Shown here: in pieces, positions 13,310 to 29,275 of the stretch
How positions within the stretch are numbered: the first letter of the stretch is position 1
Layout of the letters: every line of letters starts with the position of its first letter
Assembly (NCBI RefSeq): GCF_009914755.1
Contig: NC_060926.1
DNA from: the human T2T-CHM13v2.0 reference genome, Homo sapiens
Length of the DNA stretch: 64,000 bases
Reading direction: 5' to 3' (one strand)
Notes under the pieces: model-generated
Seen by the model: the letters and a program-made list of their open reading frames with translations, nothing else
Databases searched by the model: none
Told to the model about the DNA's origin: nothing
Position numbers and translations under genes: made by a program

Positions 13310-13961
13310 TGCTATAGTCTGAATGTTTGCATCCCATCAAAATTTATATGCTGAAATCATAATCCCCAAGGTTGTGGTATTTGAAAATGAGGCTTTTGGG
13401 AAGAACTCTCATGAATGGGATTAAGGCCTTTAAAAATAGGCCTAAGGGAGTTCATTCTCTCCTTTTATCCTGGGAGGACCCAGTAAGGAGGCACTACCTA
13501 TGAACCAGGAAGCTGCTAATGTACCAGTCCAGAGCCCACATTTGCAGATGAAAAGAATGCTTCTGGGGGGGTGTGGTTTGCTGTGTCTAGGAATTCGCTC
13601 ACCCTGGAAAAGCACTCTCTCATGGATTAGCAAGAGCTCAGATGCCAGAGCATCAAGAATACAGAAAGTAAGAAAGTAAGAAAACGTAGTCAATATTGTG
13701 TTAAGTAGCAACTTGTTATGATATTTATTTGCTTGTCCCTGATAGACACATTTTTTTCATAAAAACTTGGTGAATACTTTCTTTATGTCAGGCATGATTC
13801 TCAACACAAATGATATAGCAGTATTTTAGTTTTTTCAGGCTGTCAAAACAAATGTCATAAACTAGGTAGCTTATCAATAAGTGTTCTGGAGGCTGGACAC
13901 TCAAGATCAAGGCACTGGTAGATATGGTTTCTGGTAGAGGGCCTGCTTCCTGGTTCATAGG
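13310..13961. mobile_element. MLT1A LTR split by an inversion (5' half + at 13310-13513; 3' half - at 13822-13961)
   Basis: Starts tgctatagtctgaatgtttg; 3' half reverse-complemented; TSD ctgct (13305-13309) matches agcag (13817-13821). Confidence 0.85.
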
Positions 13962-14345
13962 AGGAGGCATTCTGGTTCTGGGATATTCTGGCCATTACAC
14001 TGCAGAAGGTAATTATCTCAGAACCAGATACCAGACAACTAGATACAATCTCTACACTCCAGAAAGAGGCATCCACAATTATTCAAACTAGCCAATGCTA
14101 AGCCTGCTTACCTTGGCTTGCCTTGCCTTTCCCGTGGAAATCACAATAATGTCTACTTTTCAAGCTTTTCTGTTGCCCCTTCTGTATTCTGACCACTTCT
14201 GGTGTTTCACCATGTGACCTGGTGTGGCCTGCATGCCTCCTCTTGGGAACTGTAAGTAATAAACCATTGTTTAAATGTGACAGTTGTCTCCTGATCCGTT
14301 GGCTTCACCATCTCTAACAAATAATAAAACCTAAGTTTTAAAATT
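13541..14345. mobile_element. MER74/MER73-like ERVL LTR split by the same inversion (5' part - at 13541-13710; 3' part + at about 13975-14345)
   Basis: Minus strand reads tgtattcttgatgctctggcatctg; plus strand has accagacaactag, attcaaactagccaat, cttgggaactgtaagtaataaa, aataataaaaccta. Confidence 0.7.
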
Positions 14346-14349
14346 CAAA

Positions 14350-14560
14350 CCCACTGGAATTGCTATAGTTAAAAAGTCAGTAAGAAGAGTTGGCAAGAAT
14401 GTAGAAAAATTAGAACCCTCATACAATGCTGGTGCAAATATAAAATGGTGCAACCACTTTGGAAAATAGTTTGTCAGTTCCTCAAAAACTTAAACATAGA
14501 GTTACTATTCCACCCAGCAATTAATTGTACAGTATATTGATTTTATATCAATAAAGCTGT
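14350..14560 (+). mobile_element. L1M ORF2 3' fragment
   Basis: gttggcaagaatgtagaaaaattagaaccctcatacaatgctggtg...taaacatagagtta. Confidence 0.75.
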
Positions 14561-14899
14561 TGCAAACAAAAGTACATAATAGTAGTTAATATCTATTTAA
14601 GCATTGGTATGTACCATTTTGAGCACTTTATATATACTAACTCAGATGTTCTAGCCCTTGAATCTGAGCTCTGAACCACCTTGTTATACTGCCTTCGTGT
14701 ATATTCTTGCCTCTTTAGCTTACTGATTGTATCAGATGAGAAAACATCACTGAATACTGAAGAAGAAACCACAGTTCAAGGAGAGGGACTATGCTAGCAA
14801 CTGTACCAAGTAGCGCTACTATACAGGCTTGATGAATAAGTAGAATTTAGAAAAATGCAAACAAATATTCTAATGTGTACATTCAGATAAATTACTGGA

Positions 14900-16280
14900 G
14901 CTACTACATTGTCCAAATAAAAGTAGGCTTTTATGTAAAAAGAGCATTATGAAAAGCATCAATAAAGATGACCAAAATTAAAACAAAATGTAACTACAAA
15001 AGATATATCCCAGAACTCATTCAGTGGATGAGAGGTAATGTTGAATACTAACCACAAATATCCCACATACATCTTTTATATACGTTATAGGAGAAAAAGG
15101 GGGCGAAAAGTTATTGTTTAATTCATTGTTTGATAATGAATTATAAAAATTGTAAATAAATGCAGGAGACAAAAAGAATGAATAAACATATTAAATCCAA
15201 TAATTATCAAAGTAGAAACATAAAAGCCACCAATAAACATTAATAAACATTAATCAATTGAAAAGAAAAACAGATGTTGACTGAAAATATGACAAATCAG
15301 TCATTAAAGAAAAACAACTGTACCTTACATAACTTAGACTCTCATATTCTGTGAATTAATATGTATCTTTGCACTTATTATAATAATCATTAGAAGCAAA
15401 ATGGCACATAAAGGTTGAACCAAACAGACAATTAAATAAAGATTTTCAGTCTAATAAAAACTTGACAGAAAAGAAAGCAGGTGTGATTATATTTATAACA
15501 TAGAAAGTAGCTTTTGAGGTGAAAATCATTACAAAGGACAAAAAGGATATTTTATAATCACGAAAGGTAAAATTTCTAAAAAAGATATAACAGTCATGAG
15601 CCTTTTTGCACTCCAAAATATAATAGTGAAATATGTAAAGTAAAACCGGCTAGAATTGTAAGGCAAAATTGAAAAAAATCATACTTATTGTAATGAAGAA
15701 TTTTAATATACTTTCCTATGCTTTTAATACCTTGGTATATTAAAGAGTAGTAGAGTAATAGAAGAAAAAACTACTTAAAATGATAAAGGAATAGAGATTT
15801 TTTAAATACAATATGCATCATATAATATAAAATATATGCCAAATAGAAAATCAGCATCATTTCAAGAATACAGACTGTAGTTTAAAATGTTAAATATTTA
15901 AAATTTTTAAAATGGGAGAGGCTGTGTATTTGTGAAGGGAGGGAGTATGTGTGAAATCTCTGGACCTTCTGCTCAATTTTTTTGTGAACCTAAAACTGCT
16001 CTCAAAAACAGTCTATTTTAAAAGTGCTAAAATAGAAATATAGAAATGTCTCAGATTCTTGACATAGTTCAATACAAGAATCTAAACATGAAACAAAAGT
16101 ACCAAATAATATTTAGCCCACAACAAAACAAGTATCTCCTGTCTAAATGACAAAATCAAGGTTCAAATTAAAGACTAGATATAAAAACAAACACAATAAA
16201 ACACACAACACAGATGAATGAGGGAAAAATGATATTTAAAAGCAGATTCACAGCCTTAAAACAATACTGCCTAAACTCTA
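14900..16280 (+). mobile_element. Ancient L1M fragments (ORF2 endonuclease region, with a nested L1M 3' end at about 15905-16025)
   Basis: aagaaagcaggtgtgattatatt...aaggacaaaaaggatattttataat; ttttgtgaacctaaaactgctct. Confidence 0.55.
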
Positions 16281-16305
16281 TCATGCTTGACAATAAACCC
16301 CAGCT

Positions 16306-16603
16306 GTTTTTTTGTTTTTGTTTTTTGAGACGGAGTCTTGCTGTGTAGCCCAGGCTGGAGTGCAGTGGGGTGATCTCAGCTCACTGCAAACTCTGCTTCC
16401 TGGGTTCATGCCATTCTCCTGCCTGAGCCTCCTGAGTAGCTGGGACTACAGGCGGCCGCCACCACACCTGGCTAATTTTTTGTGTAGTAAAGACAGGGTT
16501 TCACCATGTTATCCAGGATTGTCTCCATCTCCTGACCTTGTGATCCACCCGCCTTGGCCTCCCAAAGTGCTGGGATTACAGGTGTGAGCCACTGTGCCCA
16601 GCC
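16306..16603 (-). mobile_element. AluSc/Y-like with TSD ccccagctgtttt
   Basis: Full Alu; flanking duplication 16298-16310 / 16606-16618. Confidence 0.95.
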
Positions 16604-16918
16604 ACCCCCAGCTGTTTTGATTTTGCAGGTCTGGTTTAGGGTCTTGGGAATGTATCTCTTTAACAACCAGCAATATTGACTCTGATGAGATGGTCCATGA
16701 GTAGCCTTTTCAGAGTCATCAGGAATGGAGAAAACTATAATGAAGAGAAAGATATATGCCTCATCTTTCCTAAATCCTGGTAATGATTCCCAGAGTCACC
16801 TTCCTTCAACTCTTTCTGGTTTCAGCTCTTTCTGGCAGCTCTCAAGACAACTCCAGAAGGCACCTTGAATTTTTTATTTAACATACTTTGAAATATATAC
16901 TGCTTCCATCCTATTTTC

Positions 16919-16982
16919 TGGATGGATGGTTGGATGGATGGGTGGATGGATGGATGGATGGATGGATGAAAGAATGGATGGA
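16919..16982. repeat. (GGAT)n tetranucleotide repeat
   Basis: Direct reading. Confidence 0.95.
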
Positions 16983-18938
16983 CAAAGATGTACCGAGAAG
17001 TGACTTCTGGGCTGGAAACATAAACTCTGCAGTAATAAGCCATGAAAGCCCATGGAATCACCTAGGGAAAGGTACTAATGGAGAGGGAAGCTGACCTGTC
17101 CTTAAACACCAAGGAGACTAAGAGGAAAGGGCTACTAAAAGAGGATGTGGGTGTTTTAAGATCTAAAATGTCAGTAATATCAATTGCTACTGACGAATAG
17201 ACTAAATTGAGAACACAATTGTGTCTTTTGTATATGAAAATGCAGAGGTCACTGATGTATCTTAACAACAAAAAAAAAATGAAAATAAACAAAAATTCTA
17301 AACAAGGAACAGTAGTAAACTTCCTGTGTGCTTGATAAGCTGGAAAGCGAGGAAGAACCATGTGCATAGAAGTCTGGCTGTGAGGAGTGCAGGGAGGAGG
17401 CTCTGTTCTGAGCCTTTTTAGCATCACCGTGGCTTGCACAGAGCTGGGAGGAGGCAGACGGAGTGTTCAGTAATATTTGCTGAATCTTGAACTGAGGGAA
17501 AGTGCAGTTTCTCCCATTATTTTCTTCAAAGTATTAGTGCCCACGTTCTTACCTGAAATAAAATAAGCGATTTATTTAATTTGAATAACATTTATTGAAC
17601 ATTCATTATGTGGAAAGCACTTATTCCAGCCACTATTACAGCATGCTATTTTTATTTCATGTGACCCTAGGAATTTGGGTTAAAGAGGAAGTTTCGTTCT
17701 GTAGCAGAAGGTCATCTAATAACAGAGGCATAATGGCCACTTAAGTACATTATGAACTCAAAGCTCATGATACAGCTGACCTTTGGCAGACCCCACATTC
17801 TTCCTGAGGAGGAAGAAGGAGAGACTCTTGCTGAACTCCTCGGATCCAAGTAAGCATCTGAATGCTGAACATTAATATTTACCATGGAAACTGCCAACTC
17901 TCATACTGTACTTAGCTTTTCTTATCGAATCTCTCAGGGGGACAATGAGGACTTTGGTTCACTGTGAATGTTTCAGCGAAACTCCATTCCCCATATAGGC
18001 CCTTTCAAAGCAGAAACATAGCTCCTGGAGGGAATCGTGCAACTTCCTTAAAAGACGCATCTAAACTTGCTAATACAGATGCTTGTACAAAAGGGTTGGG
18101 AGTGAAAAGGTCACTCATTAAAGCATTAAATGTCTGACCTTTACTTTTTGTTCTAAATTATCCTGTGATTGTACAGTACAGTTCAGCAATACAAAAAGCA
18201 CTTATTGTGAGCCTATTAGAATGCCTACGGATGGAATCTTGCCCAGTGCTACAGCAGCAGGTAGCTACATTTAATGTTTTTATCTGCATTTTATTTGGCA
18301 TTACCACTGGGAAATGAAATGCTAGAAATATAATTTGCTGAAAGATCATTTTATTCAAGATTTTAGTAATGGTACCTATATAAATATCTTTCTCTTAAGG
18401 AAAAGAAAATAACGCAGGCAGTGAGGAGAAGGGACTTTTCACTAGGCCACCAGATTTGTTTGCCCTGGATTCTGGTGTTAACTCATTTATTAATAACCAA
18501 CTGAATTCATCTTCTTAAAGTTTTAAAATCATCTGCTTTTTAAGATTTCATTCTAAAAGTTTCTTTACCCATTGATTTAACCTGAAAATCTTTGTATCTT
18601 CCTGATTCTTCTCCACGTGATGGTTATGTCTCTTGAAACCCATGAAACCCTAAATTAGGCCTCCCTGGTTCAGAACCAAAAGATTTAATTACCAAGACTT
18701 TGTAATTAAACTCAAAAATTAGGCATGTAAAACATCATCCTTCTCTACCTCAAACTCCAAATTCCTAGCTTCTCTTATTAAAGAATTAAGAATATATTAC
18801 TACAGAGTTTGAAGAATTTTCCTTTGACTCATATTTACTTTTAACCTATATTAATTCTTGAGCCTTATGATTTTAGCAAATTTATTCCCAGTTGCATAAA
18901 GGAGTAGAGGCAGAGAACATTAAAGCTGACTTTGTGGA

Positions 18939-19335
18939 TGTACCAATTAGCCTTTGCTGTGTTTCAAACCATCCCAAAACTCAATGGCTGAAAACAGCCA
19001 ATATGAACATGTTTTATGATCCTGGGCTGGATTGGCTGGGTCTGGCTGACCTAGGATGGCCTCACTGATGTTTCTGAGACCCCAGATGGAGATACGGGGC
19101 ATCTCAGGGGGTGAGTTCAGGTTTGATTTGGTGGTGCCACAGGGCATTCAGTAGCAAGAGTGCAAGCAACAGTATGTAATGATTTTTCAGATTTCTGTTT
19201 ACACTGTATTTGCTAATGTCCCACTGGCCAAAGAAACTCACACTGACAATATGAACACTCTCAGGATCAGTGTGAGAAGAACCTTCAGAAAAGCATGGAT
19301 ACAAGGAAGGAAATAAAGATGCCGTTATATTGACA
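18939..19335 (-). mobile_element. Old MLT1 (H/J-like) LTR
   Basis: tgctgtgtttcaaaccatcccaaaactcaatggctgaaaaca...tgctaatgtcccactggccaaag. Confidence 0.65.
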
Positions 19336-19605
19336 CATACAATTATAATCTGTCAACTTATAAAATTAAAAGAAGTTACAAAAAATAAAAAGAAATAAAT
19401 AAGGGAAATTGGAATTTGTGGAGGGCACTATAGCTAAGCTCAAAAATAGTCCATAGTATTTTGCTAGGGAACATATAGGCACTACTGTTTTTGGAGAAGG
19501 TAGATTCAATAATCAAAGAAAATACTAAAAGATATTTCTGTTGAAATTACTAAACTGCTTAAAGCAGTCAGATAATATGTAAACAAATGAGTGTAGCTAT
19601 GTTCT

Positions 19606-21755
<2,150 letters not shown>

Positions 21756-22181
21756 CAATGCACCAAGCAGGGGAAGCAGGGGCATGGTGATCAAAGGTGA
21801 GCAGATGACAAATAGAGCTAAATCTGGAAACCTACCAGACTGTCAAGCAAAAGGAGGAGCACACATTTTGCATTCAAAATGTATTCGTTATCCAAAACCA
21901 ATTAGGTGTCAGATTTAAAAAAGTATTGTTGCACATTACTTAATAATTTTTATTCTGATTCCTTCCAGTAAAATGATTCTATATCAATCTCTCATTGGGT
22001 TTCTCCTAAGCATCTCTTGCAGAAAATAATAGGGTTCTTATAGTTCCTAACAATAGAAGGCCTTAAATAATTGGTAGCTATGCTTATTAATATAATCTCT
22101 CATACCAGCCATAATGTCAAACAAATTAGTTCTACTACGTGATCTAGCGATTTGAATTTGGGTTAAGAGTAAAATAATTCA

Positions 22182-22491
<310 letters not shown>

Positions 22492-23399
22492 AAGAGTAAA
22501 TTAATTCAAAGAAAATACCTTACTGTTGAGTCACGGAATGAGAGTCAAATTGATTTGGGCTCAAACCCTGGACTTTCTCAAACATAAATAGAAATGCTAA
22601 GTGCCTGGCACAAAGGAGTCACTTAAAAAAATAGACATCCCTCCTTTCTTCAGTAGAGACAGCAGGTATAAATTAAAATAGAACTTCCCAGTTATAAGCA
22701 TCAGACTATTCTTTTTAACACATCTCTGGGTGACTACCTACCTTTTACAAAGGGTAAGAGTTTCTCAGTATCTAATATTATTTCAATTAAAGCATGCAAA
22801 ATACCTTTAAATATAAACAGCAATCTAAAAGCTATGTAATAAGAACAGTAGTAACATTTTATAGTTTTGAATAGCATTTAAATTAAACAGAAGGAAAGTA
22901 AATGTCTATAAGACACAAAAGGATGTATGGAATTTTGTCACGTCCAGAAAAGGCTCCCATATACTTCTTTCATATATGTATTATAATAATTCTACAAAAT
23001 ATAAATTAAAATCACATTTCAACTCTAAACTGATGATGCTAGAATGAATGTCTCCCGGGCCATGTCTTTCCATAGGCCAGATCCCAATTCTCGCTGATTC
23101 TAGGACATTAACACTTCAACATTGCCTTGGTTCTTCAACTCAAGAACATCAAAACAAAACTTATAATTTGTTCCTGCAAAACCATGTATCCTGTAGATTC
23201 CCCCATATTTCCTTCTGTTGGAGTAGAAACATCCAGGCTGGACAATAGGGAATCATCTTCAGTTCTTCCCACCTCCTTGGCATCAAAATACTGTGTCACC
23301 AAGATCCTTTAAGTATGACTTTACAACAGCTTACTTATCCCACTCAATTTCTTGATCTATAAAATGGTAAGCCATTATATCTGAATCTTAGTATACTGA

Positions 23400-26300
23400 G
23401 AGATTTTAACATAAATATGTATTAACATTTTTAAAAAAGCATTTTCTGCATCTGTGAAATTTAAACAGAATTGTGTTTCTTTAATCTATTAATAATCAAT
23501 TTTCTAATATTGAACCATTCTTGAAATTCTGGAATGAATCTTTTGTTATGATGGATAAAATATTTAATTTGCTATTGGATTTTTTATTGCATTTGTTAAG
23601 AATTTTTGAAATTGTCCATAAGCAAGATTAAATTTTAACCATCTTTTTTCTGGTGCTTTTTTTTTCAGATTTGAAAGTATATTAGTGCTCACCTGATAGA
23701 ATGATTTTGGATGCTTTTTCCTTTTTTTCTTATTTTTTTAAAGAACAAATAGTGGTAGATAATTCTAATGGTTTCACTGGAGTTCTCTGATTATCAAAGG
23801 TTTGTAGCATTTGCCTGTGAAATTATTTGGGCCTAGGGTTACGATGGTGTGACTTCATAAATAGTAACTTTCTGTCATTATAGAATCAGATTTTGAAAGT
23901 GTTATTCTTTTTAAATTTACTTGATTTCGATTTTTATACTTATTTGAATACAGTTGTGCCACCTACGCTCTTATGAGTTTTAAATTTTCTTATGTTTTGA
24001 TGGTTATTCTTTATGGGCATGTCATATTTTTGTATGTGAGCTTTTTCTTGATTAGTTTAAATAGTGGGTTTTTTTGCTGTTTTTTCAATTTATTTTAAAA
24101 ACCATCTTTTGGACTTATGTATTAATTACACTATTTTCTTCAGCTTTCTGATTACTCCTTGCTTTTGTCTTTAATAATTGTATATCTGCTAATTTTTTAA
24201 TTTTTGGTTTTTTTTAGCTTATTGAGTGGAAGTTTGATTTATTGATATGCTTATGTAATTATTCACACACATCTGATTTGGTTGTATTCCACATACATGG
24301 ATTTGTATCTATTGTAACTTATCATTTTTAGCCTATAATTAAGATTGATTCAAAAGTTATATAATGGCGCTTATCTTTGAATTTCTAGCCTAAAAGTTTG
24401 GAAGTTTTTTTAAAAAAATTATCATTGGATTCCAGTTTATTTGATGTTACCAGACTTTTAACATTTATGAAATCTTATTGATTATATAATTTAGGTTTTC
24501 TATGATCTTTCTAATTTTTTTAATATTGCATCTGCCTGAGACAGAAAAATGTGTTTTAAAGTTTCCCATTAAGTTTTGATTTCTTGTTCTCCATACATGT
24601 TTTTCTTATGAGAGCTATCACTGTTTTAACTGTATTCACAAGTATGAATAACTGGTATTCATGGTAAACTTTAGACTTTAGCCTTATTACATCACTTTTA
24701 TATCTTTTTTTAATGTTTTCTAGTCTTAATTATACAACGTTGACAGATACCAATATTGTGATTTTTGTTTTGTTTTTATTTGTATTTGCCTGTTATGGCT
24801 TGCTTATTTTTTAAATGTTTATGAATTTCTGTTTTTATTCCCAATGTGTAATGTTGAATTTTGCTTTGTTAGTCAACATGAAAATGTTTACACTTTCTCT
24901 TTAAAAAGAGAAAATATTTTAAAATAAGCCTATTTACACAATTTAGGTTTATTTCTCTCAAATTGTGGCATATAATGTGATGTAGGGTGTGTGCATTTAT
25001 GTGAGTGTGTTTTATTTATACAGCCCTCCACTCTGTGGTCTACCTCCTAATGTTCATTTTTGGTTTAACTGTTGATATTGAAAAGTCTTTTTGTTTTTAT
25101 TTTATGCTCATGATTACTGTTGTGTTCAATACTATTGAATAATAACTGTGGTTCTCTCTTTTGTGGGGGAGGGTGCTATATTCCTTGGGTTTTCTACTGT
25201 GAATAAGATTAGCTGATACTCTTTCTTATTAGTTAATAACCTCTCTTCCCCATCCCTCTTCCTCAATAGCTAATTTCAAGTAATATCTTATTATTCCCAG
25301 TTATTTTCTGTAAAGTGATCTGGTGCTTATTCATGTTTTCATATACTCTTCCCAATACCCGTTCCCTTATTACGTTTACATTGTAAAAACATATAGTCAT
25401 TAAATGTCCTGAATCCATTACAATTACAATTTAATTTTATTACTGTAGAGTGGTACCCATTTAATGCTTGGTGCAAGTCCTTATGCCAATATGACCACTG
25501 TCATCTTTGTTGCCCCAGTTTGTTTTTTAGTAGATTCTTTGACAATATTACAACAAACACATTTTCTAAGCTTTTGTGTGTTCAACAACTTTTTTCTGTT
25601 TCCTTTATATGTGAAGATCCATTTGTGAGATGTAAAATCTTTGACTCACATTTCTGGTCGTTGAGTACGTTAAATTGTATAATGTACTGTCTTCTAGCAC
25701 AAAGCATTGCTGTAGAAATGTCTGAAGACAGTTATTTCCTCTCCTCAAGCTTAAATAATTTCACAAAAACATATCATGACTTTGTTTTTTTTGGGTTGAA
25801 ATTCTAAGAAATGTGGTATAACATTTTAGTGTAAATTTTTCCACTAAATTGCCAGAAAGTTTTCTTAATTATAGCCTTAAAATATATTTGTACATTTTCT
25901 AAATTTATTGCTTTATATCTTTTTTCATTTTTTTATTTTTATAAAAGCCTCCTCCTTTGCTTTTTCAATTTCTTCTGAAGCATCTTCTGTGTTGAAATGA
26001 TACTTGTATTTTAGTCTTCATTTCTTAATAAAATTAATTATTATTTTTTGGCTTTTTTAGCTTTCTTTTTAATCTTCCCTTTCTCCTTTCACTTTTTTGA
26101 GAATTTTTTTTCTAATTCTGATTTGTTTTGTCTTTCTGTAGCTTCTGTCATTTCCTTCATCTTATTTAGCTAGATTTGAAATATTAGATTAAAATTTTCA
26201 TCTATCATTTTAGATTGCTTTTATTATCAGTGGGAGAATTACTCTGCCTTTTTTTCTTATGATAACTTGGAGTGAAAGTCAAAGAAGAGAATATTGTCTG

Positions 26301-26440
26301 AAATTCATTTTAAGTTAAATAAGTTTTCTTGCACATTTAGGAAGAATTGGGCCAAGGTAACTTCTAGTTTAACATCTTTAAATTTCCCTCTTCTGTTGTT
26401 TTCATGAAGTGATAAAAATATTATTCTCATTTTCTCTCTC
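23400..26440 (-). mobile_element. Ancient L1M/HAL1-like fragments
   Basis: T-rich strand with L1 motifs gcattttctgcatct, aatattgaaccattcttg..ttctggaatgaatc, tttaaaaaccatcttttgg; highly diverged. Confidence 0.6.
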
Positions 26441-26492
26441 TTCTCCTTCACTTTTAGGAGGATCTTCTCTTTCCTTTGCATGTAGTGTTCCC

Positions 26493-26800
26493 TTTTTTTT
26501 TTTTTTTTTTTTTGAGACAGAGTCTCACTTTGTCACCCAGGCTGGAGTGCAATGGTGCAATCTCAACTCACTGCAACTTTTGCCCCCCAGGTTCAAGCAA
26601 TCCTCCTGCCTCAGCCTCCTGAGTAGCTGGGACTACAGGCACCCGCCATCATGCCTGGCTAATTTTTGTATTTTTTGTAGAGACAGGATTTCACCATGTT
26701 GGCCAGGCCCAGGCTTGTCTTGAACTACTGACCTCAGGTGATCCTCCCACCTTGGCCTCCCAAAGTGCTGGGATTAAAGGCGTGAGCCAGCAGTTCTAGC
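26493..26800 (-). mobile_element. AluS
   Basis: Poly(T) plus dimeric Alu; small internal ccaggc duplication near 26703. Confidence 0.95.
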
Positions 26801-28089
26801 ATTTATTTTATGGTTAGTTTGTACCCAGACTGCTAGTTAGGGGGTTTAGGAGCTCTGAGGGCTGTAGCATATCTGTTAGACTTTCCTACACTCCCTCCCA
26901 CACAATTTCTATGCCATGAAGATTGTGCAGCTATGGTTAGCCATCATCTGCTCTTATTTTGGGGTTCATGGGGCATACTTTTTTATACAGTGTTTTGTTG
27001 GTTTGTTTGTTTTGTGATGCCATCTGCAAATTTTAGTTCTAATTTTCTGGTTTCTTCATTAATTTGGGGAAGATAGGATTCAGGGAGATTCCAAAACTAC
27101 TTTGCTGCCACCATTTGCTTAGAATTCTCCCATCTCTCTCCTATACCTAAAGTACTTTTCAAGAAACTATTAACACTCTTTCCTTGAGGTTGTGGTTCAA
27201 AATACAACCACAGGCCTAATTTATCTAAACGAAGAACTAGCAAGATAAGTTGTAATACTTTTTTCTTTTTTTTTTTTTTTGATTCTGACTCCTTGAAGCT
27301 AAAAATAGAGTCTAGTTTTTCAATTATTGTTGAACCACATGGATTGTGAGAATGAATAATAGAAAAAAACACATCTAAATTTTTTAAGAAAACCAAAAGG
27401 GACATGCATGTTGAGTGTAGTGACCTGTTTTCTTTCGCTAGGGGGTTCTTGAATGATCTTGTTTCAGTCGGTCAAGGGTTTTGCTTTTTGCTGTGTGACA
27501 ATCTTTCTTCATGTGTCACTAGAAGAGCACAATTTAGGCGGTTGCTTTTTCATAGAATAATTTAAATAATTTATAGTAAGATGCATAAATTGTTATTTGA
27601 TTTTTTACGCCTTGCTCTTTGTAATGAGAATTTTCCAAGAATTGATACTTTGTAGTAAAACAAACTTACATTACCAGTGACCACCGCCAATCATCTCTGT
27701 AGAGGCATCAGCCAGATCATGTCCATGGGATCAAATGCATTTCTTTCAGTCAACTGCTCCTGTGAGCTTTGACCGGAAGTCTGAGAAACATATGAGTAAT
27801 AGATGATTATATTTCAATACTGTCTTAATACAATAAATAGGCATATCAGAAAGATCCACTTACTGTATTATGTGAAACGTATTAATTGATTTTGCTCTGG
27901 AAAGGAAAAGGAAATTTTCCTGAACTTTGGCCAAAAGCTCCCCTGAAATAAATGTCTGTTATAAGAGACAAATCATCAAACAAATACTTAGGAATTCCAG
28001 CATGGCATTCAAAGGCTGCAAATAAAAAAATAGCACAGTCTATGAAGCCACCAATATATGTGTATATACACACACATATAGTCACACAT

Positions 28090-28510
28090 TGTATTATTCA
28101 GGGTTCTCTAGAGGGACAAAACTAATAGAATATATATATGAGTTTATTATTAACTTACATAATCACAAGGTCCCACAATAGGCTGTCTGCAAGCTGAGGA
28201 TCAAGGAGAGCCAGCCGGAGTCCCAAAACTGAAGAACTTGGAATCCGAAGTTTGAGGGCAGGAAGTATCCAGCACGGGAGAGAGGTAGGCTGGGAGGCTA
28301 GGCCAATCTCTCCTTTTCACGTTTTTCTGACTGCTTTATATTTACTGGAAGCTACTTAGATTGTGCCCACCAGATTAAGGGTGGATCTACCTTCCCCAGC
28401 CCACTGATTCAAATGTTAATATCTTTTGGCAACACTCTCACAGACATACCCAGGATTAATACTTTGTATGCTTCAATCAGTCAAGTTGACACTCAGTATT
28501 AACCATCACA
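28090..28510 (-). mobile_element. 3' LTR (MLT2A1-like)
   Basis: Minus strand begins tgtgatggttaatactgagtgtcaacttg, preceded by the PPT-like agttgacaaggagtggact. Confidence 0.92.
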
Positions 28511-29023
28511 AGTCCACTCCTTGTCAACTTGAACCCATACACATATCTTGAGGTCATACCTAATCTTCAAATAAAGACAATAATAAAGTCATAACTACGC
28601 CTAACATAATACAACTGTTCTTTGTACAACCGGAAAAGCACGAATCCCCAACTCATATACCATTACATAAAGCTAACAATATTTGAATGCTGATATGAAG
28701 TCAATAAACCTTAAGTCACATGATAAAGGAAAAGGAAATAAAATAATTTTCTTAGTACAAGTGTATATATGCACAAACATGTTTTTAGCAAAAGAAGGAG
28801 GAAATACTCATGGCAATTATAGTTCTCATTTCTGCAGCTGGTCACATGGTTGTATTGATGACTACCTTCTTCCACTACTCATTCTGTATTCCCTTTGCCT
28901 TCAGCAAGTACTTCAGCAGGCCGTGGTATTTTTCCTAGTGGAATGACCCAAACCTTCATTCCTGAGGGGTCTGGGCCATTTGTAATCCTGCAGGGATTGG
29001 GCTGTTGTAGTTTCCAATTGACC

Positions 29024-29270
29024 TTAATGACAGAGCATGGTAATACTAAGACACCTTAATGGATGTCCTGTATTCCATGCATACTCTTCCTTACCTCCAT
29101 TGTGGAGTAGTAGACTGATTTCATCATGATAGTCCAGGTCAGTCACCACAGCCAACACTGTAACTCCCTTCTTAACTCGTTGACTTAAAGGTAGAAGGAG
29201 CTCAAAGTGTCCAGGTGGCGATCTTAACTTCCAGTTCAATGGAGTTGTTGTGTCTGCTGGTGGCAGAATA
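29024..29270 (-). pseudogene. HERVL dUTPase remnant
   Basis: NWKLRSPPGHFELLLPLSQRVKKGVTVLAVVTDLDYHDEISLLLHN; position downstream of integrase is typical of ERV-L. Confidence 0.8.
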
Positions 29271-29275
29271 CCTCC

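Noticed and set aside
17062-17439. 125-aa minus-strand ORF in non-repeat DNA
   Set aside because: No recognisable domain, non-ATG start, hydrophobic stretch arises from an A-run.
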